From the NCBI GenBank assembly GCA_951406725.2, contig OX597828.1, positions 29,388,001-29,452,000 on the forward strand: a DNA stretch of 64,000 bases, given 5' to 3'. The stretch's first letter is position 1; every line of letters starts with the position of its first letter. Below are positions 25,832 to 38,922 of the stretch, piece after piece. The stretch is from Octopus vulgaris (lineage: Eukaryota). The notes under the pieces are model-generated. The model saw only the letters and a program-made list of their open reading frames with translations, had not been told where the DNA came from and made no database searches. The translations under genes were made by a program, and so were the position numbers.

Positions 25832-26027
25832 TATGTGGGGGCAACACAAGCGAAAAAATACAATAGCCAAAAAAATAGAAAGTACGAGTACATAGAATCA
25901 TGGAATATGAACTATTCTTTCAAACAACGAAATACACAAATGGAAAACAAAGCAAACGACATAAAGAACAACTCTTTCATCGGTTGTTGGCTGTTTTTCT
26001 ACTCTCGTATTTCGAGCATGTATATAT

Positions 26028-26438
26028 ACTCTTTTCTCTTTACTCTTTTACTTGTTTCAGTCATTTGACTGCGGCCATGCTGGAGCACCGCCTTTTAGTC
26101 GAGCAAATCGACCCAGGGACTTATTCTTTGTAAGCCCAGTACTTATTCTATCGGTCTCTTTTGCCGAACCGCTAAGTGACGGGGACGTAAACACACCAGC
26201 AATGCTAGGGAGACAAACACAGACACACAAACACATACACACAAACATACACACATATATATATATACATATATACGACAGGCTTCTTTCAGTTTCCGTC
26301 TACCAAATCCACTCACAAGGCATTGGCCGGCCCAGGGCTATAGCAGAAGACACTTACTCAAGATGCCACGCAGTGGGACTGAACCCGGAACCATGTGGTT
26401 GGTTAGCAAGCTACTTACCACACAGCCACTCCTGCGCC
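26028..26438 (-). mobile_element. Family A SINE, near full length, in a TA tract
   Basis: Reverse complement of 17221-17626. Confidence 0.92.
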
Positions 26439-27282
26439 TATATATATATATATATATATATATATGCGTGTGTAGAAGGTTGAAAAGGAACACACGAGTT
26501 GATATATATATATATATACACGGAAAAAGTCAGATCTCAAATGGCAATTCTCTTCTCTAGGATTACTAACCTCGATGTCTTAACGATCACTAAGAAGTTA
26601 TTCTTATGTTTTAATAACTCCTATTGGACAAAAAAAGGAAGATGGTCCTTAGTTTACAGGCCCCTATGGATTACTTATCCTATACTACCCCCGGGAAATG
26701 TATATCCTTCAACAGCTGAGACTATTACAGGGAATTTCGTTGAAATATTAACTAATATTAACGATTCTACCAACATTCGACTTCTTGGACATTACTTTAG
26801 AATTCAGCTCAAGCCCAGCTGTGTTTAGATGTTTCCTCTTTATGTTCTGCGCAATATAATATTGAATACATTATCTGACAATAAGAAGGAACGGTCGTGG
26901 CTGAAACGCTTTGATCATATATATATATGATTACTTGAGCTAACCTGGAGCTAAACAACAACATTATTTGTGGGCTGGAGACAGTTTTGAAAAAATATAT
27001 ATCAATACCACAGACAATCGCCGGCCGTGCTTCAATTCCAGTTGAAAATCTTGGTCCAAACCTTTATTGTTTGATTTTAACTTTCCAGAGTTGGTTCAAT
27101 ACTCTACACGAAAAACAGATGAAGCCCAGCTGTGTTTAGATGTTTCCTTTGTATGTTCTGGACAACACTATGCAATGTATTTTTTTATTTAAGAGAATAA
27201 GGGTATCGTTTAAGGGAAATTTCACTGCTCTTTCTAAGAAGTCGAGCGAACCTGGAGCTAAACAACAACATTATTTGTGGGC

Positions 27283-27478
27283 AGGATCGTTAGCGCGCCG
27301 GACAAAATACTTTCCGGCTCAACGTTCTCTGCATTTATCATCCCAAGTTAATAACAGTGTCCTCTCAATAAGTGATGCATTTCATCCTTTTAGGGTCGAT
27401 AAAATAAGTAACAGTCTAGTCATGTACTGAGGTCGATGTAATCGATTAGCCCCTCCCCACGATTTTCAGACCTTGTAC
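27283..27478 (+). mobile_element. Family C SINE whose B-box region is replaced by a 52-bp captured segment
   Basis: GCAGGATCGTTAGCGCGCCGGACAAAAT...ACGTTCT[insert]GCATTTCATCCTTTTAGGGTCGATAAAATAAGTA. Confidence 0.8.
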
Positions 27479-27595
27479 TTTTAGTTGGGAAGGAGATTTT
27501 TTAAAACAATATGTCAAGCATATATTGCATTCCAACAGACAAGATTTTTGGCAACGTCCAACACATCTCTTCTCTCAACGCACAAGCAGACACGC

Positions 27596-27673
<78 letters not shown>

Positions 27674-27869
27674 GCACACAGACACATATTTCATGAACCA
27701 TTGTGGATTAATAATGGCTGCAATAATCTCCGAGTCTTTTTAATTCGATTGAAAATTCCAGTAAAGAATTATAGTAACGGGTTGTTATATTTAACCTTAA
27801 GCAACATCCATCAATTTTTCTTTATACCAAACATGAATTCATCCACTCACTTGCTCTACCTCCCACCCG

Positions 27870-28270
27870 CCCATCCACTCACCCACTCACTAACTCACTC
27901 ACTCACACACTCACTCACTCACTCACTCACTCACTCACTCACTCGCTCAATCATTCACTCACTTACTCACTCACTCACTCACTCACTCACTCACTCATTC
28001 ACTCATTCACTCATTCACTCATTCGCTCACTCACTCGCTCACTCGCTCGCTCAACCCCTCACTCGCTCACTCATCCACTCAATCTCTCGCTCGCTCCCTC
28101 GCTCCCTCCCTCACTCATTCACTCATTCATTCATTCGCTCACTCACTCACTCACTCACTCACTCGCTCACTCGCTCGCTCGCTCACTCCCTCCCTCACTC
28201 ACTCACTCACTCACTCACTCACTCACTCATTCACTCACTCACTCACTCACTCACTCACTCACTCACTCAT
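27870..28270. repeat. Degenerate (TCAC)n array
   Basis: TCAC/TCGC/TCAT units; source of the spurious 291-aa ORF. Confidence 0.95.
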
Positions 28271-28812
28271 ACCCTTTCTCTGCATTTATCATCCCAAGTT
28301 AATAACAGTGTCCTCTCAATAAGTGATCTTTTGCTAATGTCCATTCACGCTATTTGTTGATCTGTCCAAAAATACATCTCCGAATTGCAAGAGTCCGATC
28401 AATTCGATGTCTACATACATTCCAGTTTGTCTGTCCCCAGTAATTCCTGTGTTTCCGGCACTTGTCCAGTAATTGATTTCATCACACGACTGCCATTGGC
28501 TACTTGTTCGCCGTACTGGCAACACGCCATTTTACTCTTCTGTGGGTGGAGAGAAGACATCTTTTAATATAGCGTTCAATAAAAGAGAATAGCCTAATGT
28601 ATGCGTGTTTAAATATACACCAACAAAAGTGTGCATACATCATACATACACACACACACACATACACATACATACACACACATACATACACACATACACA
28701 CATGCATACATACATAAGTATGTGTATGTACAAATACGTATATGTAAGTTCATATATATATATATATATATATATATGAATGTATGTATGTATATATATG
28801 TATATATATATA

Positions 28813-28851
<39 letters not shown>

Positions 28852-28951
28852 TTATACACACACGTATTTGTACATATACTGTAGAGGTAGGTACGTACAT
28901 ATATGTATGTATATATGCATATGTTTTATTTTATTTATTAATTTATTATAT

Positions 28952-29001
<50 letters not shown>

Positions 29002-29009
29002 GTATATAT

Positions 29010-29041
<32 letters not shown>

Positions 29042-29446
29042 GTATACACACACCATACACACATATATATATCTATTTACGTGCACATAAAAAATATATA
29101 TACATGCTGGCATATATATGTGCATCCACGCACACACGCATAAACACACACGCACAGATACGCACACCCACGTATATGTATCACACACATACACAAATAC
29201 GTACATACATATAGAAATATGTAAAACATCCGACTGTACTGGAGCTCTCATCAGTAAATATCTTCATCTGAGGATTGCTTCCGAGTATGAAACTCCGAGT
29301 AATGAGATATAAAATGAGCTGACCTAAGATATACACTTTCAGTTTACCTCAAGTGTTGACGTCTTTTCAATTTGTTCATGTAATTATATCATAAGTAGAA
29401 TTCTGAACAATATTACCCTGTAACCTTCTGTGTGTGTGAGTGTGTG

Positions 29447-29488
<42 letters not shown>

Positions 29489-29931
29489 TGTGTGTGTGCG
29501 TGTGTGTGTTTGATTCTCTGTGGGGATTATTTCCGCAGCAAAAGGCATTATCACGTCCGAATACACTCGGACGTGTTAGCATGTAAAAAATATCTTTACA
29601 CGAATGCATACATACATACTTACTTATAAACATATATACACACATACAGACACACACACACACACACACACACACACATTTCGATTGGGTTTTGAGGTAT
29701 TCATTTGTTTTTGAACTAGTGTGTGAGTAAAATCAAACATATGTTTGAAAGCCTTTTAATGGAATTTCAATAAGAGGAAAATATTTTTCTTTCTTTCTTT
29801 CTTTCTTTCTGGATCTTGAAGATACATTTTTTAAAAGACACATCAAAACAGAGACATGTGAACGAGCATATCGAAGCCCCGTTTTGCTGACGCAGATCTG
29901 GAAGTATTCAAATTCGCTAAGACATATATAA

Positions 29932-29962
<31 letters not shown>

Positions 29963-30112
29963 CATACATACATACATACATACACACATGCATACATACA
30001 CGCACAGAACATATATGCACACACGTGTGTATATTGCCGACATTCTTATTCCTACATAAGCATGTGTGTGAGCACGTGTGAATATATGTAAACTATATAT
30101 ATATATGTAAAC

Positions 30113-30181
<69 letters not shown>

Positions 30182-30470
30182 CATGCATGTATGTATGTAT
30201 GTATGTATGTATGTATGTATGTATGTATGTATGTATGTATGCATGCATGCATGTATGTATGTCTCTATGTTTGCATGTATGTATGTATGTATGTATGTAT
30301 GTATGTATGTATGTATGTATGTATATAATTATATATCTCTTAGGGAATTTGAATACTTTGTGTTTTTCCAATGGCCGGATAACTGAAGAGATGGTAGAGT
30401 GGATTTCCACCTCGGCATCCGAAACTCAGAGTTTTATCTTGACTACCGAATAATTGTCACATATTACATT

Positions 30471-30511
<41 letters not shown>

Positions 30512-31303
30512 CTGTGTGTGCATATCTACATACACACACACATGCACAAACACACACACACACACGCACGCACACATATAAAATAGTTTACATATATTCA
30601 CACGCGCTCACGCACATGCTTATGTAGGCATAAGAATGTCGGCATATGCACACGTGTATGCAATATATGTTCTGCGCGTGTATGTATGTCAGTGTAAACG
30701 GGTTTACCTTGGGAAATTTCCATAATAAGACCTGGGAGTAAGTTGCTTCCGATGCTCTGTGCTGGCAAAACAGTAGCAAAACTATTAAAATACCTTAACT
30801 TTTCTCTCTAAGATGCATCACATCGTAGCTACGTGCTTGAGTGCGTGTCTATCATTTGGTATTTTTGGGCAAACTTTAGAAAGAACTTCACCTCCACCTC
30901 CCAAACACACACACACACGCACTTGTATATCTGTGTGTTTCCTCTTTATTTCTCTTCCGTGTAGTGGTGAATATCGGTCGATCCTTAGACTATTATTATT
31001 GAGGTTTTCTATGAAATGAGTTTGCTTGCCCTTCAGATTTTTCTACATTTCTGGAGGAAAGGATTCGGTTAGTGTTCCCCTGAAAACCTGCTCAATGCTC
31101 AGCGTAGCCAACTCAAATAAGTAGAGAGTTGTTAAAGCGTCGGGTAGACTTACTGACGGTAGTGTGATCTGAGTTCGAATCATACCTGCCTAAACTTGAC
31201 TTTCCGTACTTTCGTGGCCCTTTTATAAATTACCTGTAATAGGATTGATTTTTCTTTTTTTTTCGCTCTGTCTGGAAGAAATCAGGTGATTTCATCGGTA
31301 GAG

Positions 31304-31372
31304 AAGGATGTGCTCCGCTAAGTCTAGGACAAAATTTATGCTTTGTCCTGTAGACTTGGCGAACACATCCCT
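31304..31372 (-). ncRNA. Candidate pre-miRNA hairpin (strand uncertain)
   Basis: GGATGTG/CACATCC, CGCTAAGTCT/AGACTTGGCG and AGGACAAA/TTTGTCCT around an 8-nt loop; the minus strand gives an ~11-bp basal stem; no second copy seen in the window. Confidence 0.5.
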
Positions 31373-31633
31373 GACAACGAAGAACTGAAGTGTTTCTACG
31401 ACTCTATCAGGAGTTGAGGGCCAAAGGAAAAGAAAAGCAGTATTATAAATACATTGTAGAAATACAGCAATCCCTGGATTATTACAGGTATCAAGTTCCA
31501 AACCCTAAGAGATGCAGAAACGGTACTGTATTACGTATTTATTTTTATTATTTTTATAATTTGTATATATTCATTTTATTATAAATGCCAGACAACACCA
31601 AGGGGAATCGATGTAAGCTTAAATAATATGCGC

Positions 31634-31985
31634 AAGTAGCTTGCTTACCAACCATATGATTCCAGGTTCAGTCCCACTGCGTGGCACCTTGGGCAAGTGT
31701 CTTCTACTATAACCACGGGCCGACCAAAGCCCTGTGAGTGAATTTGGTAGACGGAAACTGAAAGAAGCCCGTCGTGTATATGTATATATATATATATATG
31801 TATATGTTTGTGTGTCTGTGTTTGTCCCAACAACATCGCTTGACAACCGATGCTGGCGGTTCGACAAAACAGACCGATAGAATAAGTACTAGGCTTACAA
31901 AGATTAAGTCCTGGGGTCGATTTGCTCGACTAAAGGCGGTGCTCCAACATGGCCGCAGTCAAACGAATGAAACAAATAAATAAAT
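31634..31985 (+). mobile_element. Family A SINE, 5'-truncated
   Basis: AAGTAGCTTGCTTACCAACC...GGTTCAGTCCCACTGCGTGGCACCTTGGGCAAG...GGCGGTGCTCCAACATGGCC. Confidence 0.88.
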
Positions 31986-31998
31986 TAATCAATAAATA

Positions 31999-32052
31999 AA
32001 CCGCGATAACTGAACCGCAATAGGTGAACCGCGATATGGCGAGGGATTACTG
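31999..32052. mobile_element. Solo end of a Tc1/pogo-type MITE
   Basis: Three AACCGC(G/A)ATA subterminal repeats, then GCGAGGGATTACTG|TA. Confidence 0.55.
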
Positions 32053-33199
32053 TATATGCAGGTTTTATTTTTATTATAAATACTTGTGGTATACAATTTA
32101 GGAAGGTTTATGATATTCCATTTGAATATTAGTCGACTGTTTGCTACACGGATCTCACTCGGTTCAAAGTCGAGATATTAATTATTTTGTTTCCACAAAC
32201 AGCGAACGATGTCAATGACTAGTAACGGGTTTGTCGTGTCCCAGCAATCCTCAATTCCGCATTATTCTAACTTCTCAAAGACAATCTAAACTGGTAACCG
32301 TTCTACCGTTAGAAGATTTGGTTGTCTTCGAATATTAAGAAAATTCTATAATATTGTTTCAAATTTTGACACAGGACCAGCAATTTTATCGGGGAAGGGG
32401 TATTAGCCGATTACACCGATCACAGTACATGGCCGATTCTTTATCTTATCGATCTTGAAAGGAAGAAAGCAATGTTGTCATTGGTCGTATCTGAACTCAG
32501 AACGTAAAGAGTCGGAAGAAATATCACTAAGAATTTTATCCGATGAGTTAACGATTCCACTGGTATGCCACCTTATAGAAAATTCGATAATATTGAACAC
32601 ATGTTTGATTATCAGAAAAAGAAATATTTTGAAATATCAAAGCTGATTACAGACTACATATGCGAGAAATCTATTATACTCTGTATTACTGTAAAACTTA
32701 ATGAATATCTTTGAAACACGTGTCGTTACGCAAGCCGTCTCAATTGTTACAAGAGATATGACCATTTCTTCTTAATGTTTGGCGGATGAGAAATTTGAAT
32801 TTGAAATTAAGAAATTAGAAAGAAAAGACGCATAGAATTCACATCTCTGATGTGTTTTGTTATTGTCGTTGACTATTTGCTGTAACAAAGTCGTGAAATG
32901 ATAAATTGAAGTCTTTACTTTAGTTTTTACATAAAGATAATCAATTTGGCCTCGCATCGTTTTTCGTTAACCATAATAGATGAGAGAGCGAGAGAGAGAA
33001 GGAAAAAAAGAACACAAAATTGAATATTGATGTTTAACCGAATATTTATTGTAAACCAGTTCTTAAAATTTCACATTTATATTGGTTTCTAAACTCAACA
33101 TTTTACCAACAATACTATATAATAAAAATAAAACTAAGTTATCTCCGACACCATTGTCCACTCCAATCCTTTCATCTCTGTCTTTTACAAACTCATTGA

Positions 33200-34000
33200 A
33201 TCCCATTTCTACCTCGATTTCAGCTCATACCACCTCATTTATGATATATCTGCTATCTTTGTCTCTACAATCTTTTTGCCTCCACTGCTCTGAAGCATTG
33301 ACCATTCGGGACCAGATGGTCTCCTACCACTTACAAAATGGTTATACCATTCAGACATAGACGCTGCCCATTATCGTACCCGCATGGTTGACCACCCCTT
33401 AACCCTTATAAATCGTGTCAACCCGAGCACCAAACACCTCTTTCCTCTCACCTACCATCGAACAAACCTTCCTGTTTAGTCCTCCATGCAACAGCTTTTC
33501 CGTCTCCATTTATCTCATCCCGCCATATCTCCCATACTTTCTCGGAAAGTCTCTGATCCACACCACTCCCATTGCAACATCTCTCCCTTCATACAAGATA
33601 TCACCTCTCTCCATAGACTGACCTGTCCGTTCCCCTCAGTGACTTCTTCACTTGTACTACACTCACGCACGCACGCACGCACACAAGCACAGACACACAC
33701 ATTTACTGCGTAAAATACCTTCTACGCAGTAAGTGATATACTGAAAAAACAGGTCGATGATTGACAGATCGATTCAGAGGGCTATTCCTAGAACTTATCC
33801 TTCCACTGAATTATACTGCACCCCATCAATCCATTGTCCAGCGTCTTAATTCTCCTTGGCATAGTTACCTACATCTCTCTGTATGCTGTGTCATTTTACC
33901 TTGGATACACCGCCTCCAGGTTACACAAAGAACATCAACTTACTTTCTGTCTACGATCCTCTCACTCCACTGATTTAAACAACCGTCTTGCTTTTTACTT
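33200..34000 (+). pseudogene. Penelope-like retroelement remnant (post-RT linker and GIY-YIG endonuclease)
   Basis: LFPLTYH (33438-33458), DFFTCT (33641-33658), IYCVKYLLRSK*YTEKTGR*LTDRF (from 33701), RLNSPWHS and KEHQLTFCLRSSHSTDLN match the PLE order LTYHP-FTC-IYCI.C..C-YIGETGR.L..RF.EH-HFN..GHS-EQ.LIF.L....P.GLN. Confidence 0.8.
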
Positions 34001-34076
34001 GCAATACAGCTTTGCTCAACTCACTGAATGACAATCACTCCCGTGCATTTCAAACCCCTCTGCTTTTTGCTGATCC

Positions 34077-34107
<31 letters not shown>

Positions 34108-34429
34108 GCGCACACAAACACACACACACACACACACACACACGTACACGGCATCATATACCATACACAACAGCTACACAATAAAGCACTGAAACCCATA
34201 CGTACATACTCTACATACACACACACACACTGCTTCACGCCGCTTTACTGACACACACACACCTCCGTTTCTATGTACATTATGTATATATATATATATA
34301 TGCACATATATGTTCTCTATATTTTGTAACGCTCACAGACGAAAACTCACAACATGAGAATTCCATTGCCATTGTCTCTTCTGAGAAGTATACACTTATA
34401 TCTTCTCCCACTCACTTGATGCAATAGAA

Positions 34430-34905
34430 CACTCAAAGTAGGACTTCATCCAAAAAATGGTTATGCTTTCAAATTCGTGGGATTGGAAGGCTGCTGTCTT
34501 TTACAAGCATTTTTCCTTGAACAGGGCCATCAGTTCAGGTGTGCCTAGTGACCGGCTTCACAAATTCAATGCAGTGCTCCACCAGAAACGTCCAGCACTT
34601 TCTAATCATCGTTGTCTTTCACCACGACAATGTCAGAACGCACACTTCTTTTAGATGCGACAGAATTTTCTGGAGCTTAGATGGGAAGTTTTGCAATACA
34701 CTCTGTATTTGCCAGACCTTGCACCTTTAGATTTCCACCTGTTTTGGTCTCTTCAAAACGTATTGATTGGACAGACCGTCAAAAATTCACTTGGACGTGT
34801 TTTTCGTCAGCAGAGACAGGGAATTCTTTGATCTGGAAATAATGGATCTGCCCATATGAACACAGAAGATACTTAAACGAAACGATAATTAAATCACTGA
34901 TTGAG
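34430..34905 (+). pseudogene. Mariner transposase catalytic-domain remnant
   Basis: GLHPK/VMLS.SWDWK, QKRPAL, VVFHHDNVRTH, WEVLQYTLYLPDLAPLDFHLFWSLQN across frameshifts. Confidence 0.9.
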
Positions 34906-34934
34906 TAAATAGATGTTAATTACCGGCAGAAAGG

Positions 34935-35123
34935 TTGATGAGCAGACTGAATCTTTACCGTACCAGACAAAATGCTTAGCGACATTTTTCTGGTTCTTAC
35001 TCTCTGAGTTCAAATTCTGCGCAGTCCACTTTGCTTTTTATCCTTTCGGTTGATGAAATAAGTACCAGTCGAGCACTGGGGTGGATGTGATCGACTAGCC
35101 AACCCCACAAAACTTCAAGCCTT
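34935..35123 (+). mobile_element. Diverged family C SINE
   Basis: AAATGCTTAGCG...CTGAGTTCAAATTCTGC...TCCTTTCGG...AAATAAGTACCAGTCGAGCACTGGGG. Confidence 0.75.
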
Positions 35124-35581
35124 GAGAATATAGGAGAGGTGATGTGGGTGTGTATCTATCTTAGCCTCTTTAAGTGCTAATTCTATCGTGGTTAGGCATT
35201 GCTTTTTATTCCAAATTCGGAAACGATAAGATAAATACCAGCTCTGTACTGCAGTCAATTCAGACACTAAAATTAGTCAAACGAAATCGATATATAATAC
35301 CAAAATGTATAATGGATATGTAAGCTGAGCGAATGCAGAAAATGACATGCACCAAAAAATAGCGCGAAAAAGAAATTAATTGGAACGAGTGTAAAACAAT
35401 TGGCAACATCCTTTCAGATAAAACTGTCCCACTTGAGCTCAACACTAAATTAAATACAACATTTATATATATGCATACATACATATGATTTATATGTATG
35501 TATGCATTTACTTATATGAATACATGCATACATACATACATACATGCATACATACATACATACATACATACATACATACAT

Positions 35582-35679
<98 letters not shown>

Positions 35680-36156
35680 AATAAGACAAACTCTAAATTC
35701 GTTTATTGAAAGACTATCCAATTAATAAAGAAAAGATTGCTTTTCTAAATGCGTTTTCCCCCCGAATGTCCCTACATACATACATACATACATACATACA
35801 CACATACATACATACATACATACATACATACATACATACATACATACATACATACATGCATACGTAGATTCATGTATACAGAGACACAATGGTAAAAACT
35901 CTAGGACACATAAGTGTGTGGTAGAGTTTTGTGTACGTGAGTGTTTGGAATATTTAAATGCATATATGCACACACAGACACACACACTCACACACATACA
36001 CACATACTTGTGATTGAGTGCGTGTGTGTGTGTATGCTTATACGCAAACACACAACGCAAACAATTCAGTCGCATACACCAGTCATAAACACTCGTGTAT
36101 ATGTCTAATCAAGCGATCTTCTCAACATACACACACACGCACACACACACACACAC

Positions 36157-36207
<51 letters not shown>

Positions 36208-36293
36208 TATATATATATATATATATATATATAAACATTTCCATCATATCAACACAACAGGTTGCTGGCGACAGACTAATGTCTGTTGGTGTG

Positions 36294-36382
<89 letters not shown>

Positions 36383-36772
36383 GTATCTATTTACATATTC
36401 ATACCATGTTTCCAATCCTGCCCTCTTTTTCCCTTTCTCTCTTTTGCTACATACATCTGCGTCTGCGCACAGACACAGATGCACACACATACACACACAC
36501 ACACGAAACACATGCAGACATGTACATATGCATATGTAAATATTTGCTATAAATTGGCGATTACGTTTCATAATGTAAAGAATATGTGATTGTATATTCT
36601 TGTAAATCATATTTACCATCTGAAATTGGTATTTAATATTACTCTGACTATCTATGCAAATCTTTTTTTTACTCATGACTACATCTTAACCCTTTGTCTG
36701 CCTATTGTTTTGCCTTCCAATTGACTGAATCTAGCATTTAGTTTGCAAGGATTCAGAAAAGCAATGTTGAAA

Positions 36773-37519
36773 AGGCGTAGGAGTGGCTGTGTGGTAAGTA
36801 GCTTGTTTACCGAAGGCGCGTGGCTTAGTGGTTAGGGCATTCGGCTCACGATTGTAAGGTCGTGAGTTCGATTCCAAGCGACGCGTTGTGTCCTTGAGCA
36901 AGACACTTTATTTCATGTTGCTCCAGTCCGCTCAGCTTGCAAAAATGAGTTGTACCAGTATTTCAAAGGGCCGGCCTTGTCACACTGTGTGTCACGCTTA
37001 ATCTCCCTGAGAACTACGTTAAGGGTACACGTGTCTGTGGAGTGCTCAGCCACTTGCACGTTAATTTCACGAGCAGGCTGTTCTGTTGATCATATCAGCT
37101 GGGACCCTCGTCGTCGTAACCGACGGAGTGCTCCAGCTTGTTTACCAACCACATGGTTCGGGGTTCAGTCCCACTGCGTGGCACCTTGGGCAAGTGTCTT
37201 CTGCTATAGCCTCGGGCCGACCAATGCCTTGTGAGTGGATTTGGTAGACGGAAACTGAAAGAAGCCTGTCGTATATATGTATATATATATATGCGTGTGT
37301 ATGTTTGTGTGTCTGTGTTTGTCCCCCTAGCATTGCTTGACAACCAATGCTGGTGTGTTTATGTCCCTGTTACTTAGCGGTTTGGCAAAAAGACACCGAT
37401 AGAATAAGTACTGGGCTTACCAAAGAATAAGTCCCGGGGTCGATTTGCTCGACTAAAAGGCGGTGCTCCAGCATGGCCGCAGTCAAATGACTGAAACAAG
37501 TAAAAGAGTAAAAGAGTAG
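36773..37519 (+). mobile_element. Family A SINE split by a nested family B SINE
   Basis: Head 36773-36811 resumes at 37135; 12-bp TSD AGCTTGTTTACC at 36800-36811 and 37135-37146. Confidence 0.92.
36812..37134 (+). mobile_element. Family B SINE (tRNA head, CORE-like block, tail Y), nested
   Basis: A box TGGCTTAGTGGTTAGGGC, B box GAGTTCGATTCC, TGTGTCCTTGAGCAAGACACTT; perfect TSD. Confidence 0.92.
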
Positions 37520-37711
37520 AGAGTTTACGAGAAGGTTTAGAAACACAAAATAGCTTCAAGTTTTAGGAAGACAAAAACCGCGAGGATACATAGGAAGGAT
37601 TGTGAGGCTGCAAGAAAGATTAGGACACATTATAATACACACACACACACACACGTACATACATACATAAATACATACATACATACATACATACATACAT
37701 ACATACAAACA

Positions 37712-37746
<35 letters not shown>

Positions 37747-37751
37747 GTAAA

Positions 37752-38048
37752 CTAGCAGTATCGCCCGGCGTTGCTCGGGTTTGTAAGGGAAATAACTATA
37801 TAATCATTTTTAGAGAGTTATAGCCAAAAAATAGCAAAAAAAATGCATTAAAAATGGAAAAAAATGATGATAATTTTTTTTTTAAATCGTTGACTCATTG
37901 TAGACGCGCGCTAATACCCAGAAGGGCTCAATATGAATCACGACTATAAGATACCCGGTTTTGGTTAAACTGCACCGCAAAATGTGGGAGTAGTTAGGAA
38001 TCTAAATCGTAGGAGACAGACACACAACCTCTCTTTTATATATAAAGA
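37752..38048 (-). mobile_element. Non-autonomous Helitron
   Basis: Minus strand A|TCTTTATATATAAAAG ... CCCGAGCAACGCCGGG hairpin ... CTAG|T; same family as 61475-61873. Confidence 0.9.
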
Positions 38049-38059
38049 TATATATATTT

Positions 38060-38187
38060 GCAGTACCAGTTTCTTTCCTCGCACCTCTGAACTTTGGAAT
38101 TCCTTTCCACCATCTTGTTTTCCTCTTCAATATGACTTCCAGTATTTCAAGTCTAATGTACATCGTCACCTATTGACTTCTGTCTAG
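38060..38187 (+). mobile_element. CR1/L2-group LINE ORF2 extreme C-terminus
   Basis: STSFFPRTSELWNSFPPSCFPLQYDFQYFKSNVHRHL matches SFFPRT..LWN.LP...FP..Y....FK..V..HL. Confidence 0.85.
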
Positions 38188-38279
38188 CTTCCATTTTATA
38201 TTAGTAGCTCTTACGTTTTCATTGTCTAGGGACCTTGTAACGTGCGACCACTTACTATATATATGTATGTATACACACA

Positions 38280-38324
<45 letters not shown>

Positions 38325-38729
38325 GTATACATGCATACATACATACATACATACACACACAATGTATATGCATATGTGTGAAATAAAAATGTATACTCAT
38401 TCTTTTATATGCTATATAATATACACACGCATTTGCACACAAGCCATTTCACTTAAATTAAGTGGCTAATTCTCTTAGATAGCAAAGCTTGTACACAAAT
38501 ATTGGACAACTAATTCTTTTGCGTTGTGAGCAATTCTTTGCATATCTGGACAGGTGATTTAAACACACATGACTCAACTATTTATGCTATTGAGAATAGA
38601 CGCTTCTTATTCAGAACACGTTACTTACACTAGACTGCAGTGTAACAGAGGGAAACGTGGGAGATCTATTTCTTATCAATTTGATTTCTATGAATTCAGA
38701 GCTAATCGCCGGCATTCAATTCCTGAGTA

Positions 38730-38807
<78 letters not shown>

Positions 38808-38891
38808 CACATATACTTCTAGCACTACATACATACATACATACATGCATACATACATACATACATACATACATACATACATACATACACG

Positions 38892-38922
<31 letters not shown>

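Noticed and set aside
25930-26020. Minus-strand GCTC-GAAA...CCGATGA-AAGAGT, a permuted hammerhead-like arrangement
   Set aside because: Stem III lacks the required A-U pair and UH triplet, and stem I does not form convincingly
27485-28360. Longest ORF (291 aa)
   Set aside because: Length comes from stop-free (GA)n and (TCAC)n arrays; non-ATG start
28440-28535. YY1-, ETS- and CCAAT-like words suggesting a promoter (also CCGCCATCTT near 14389)
   Set aside because: Short motifs are expected by chance in 64 kb; no linked exon structure found
33701-33734. Hairpin TTACTGCGTA/TACGCAGTAA
   Set aside because: Lies within decayed Penelope endonuclease coding sequence; no independent support
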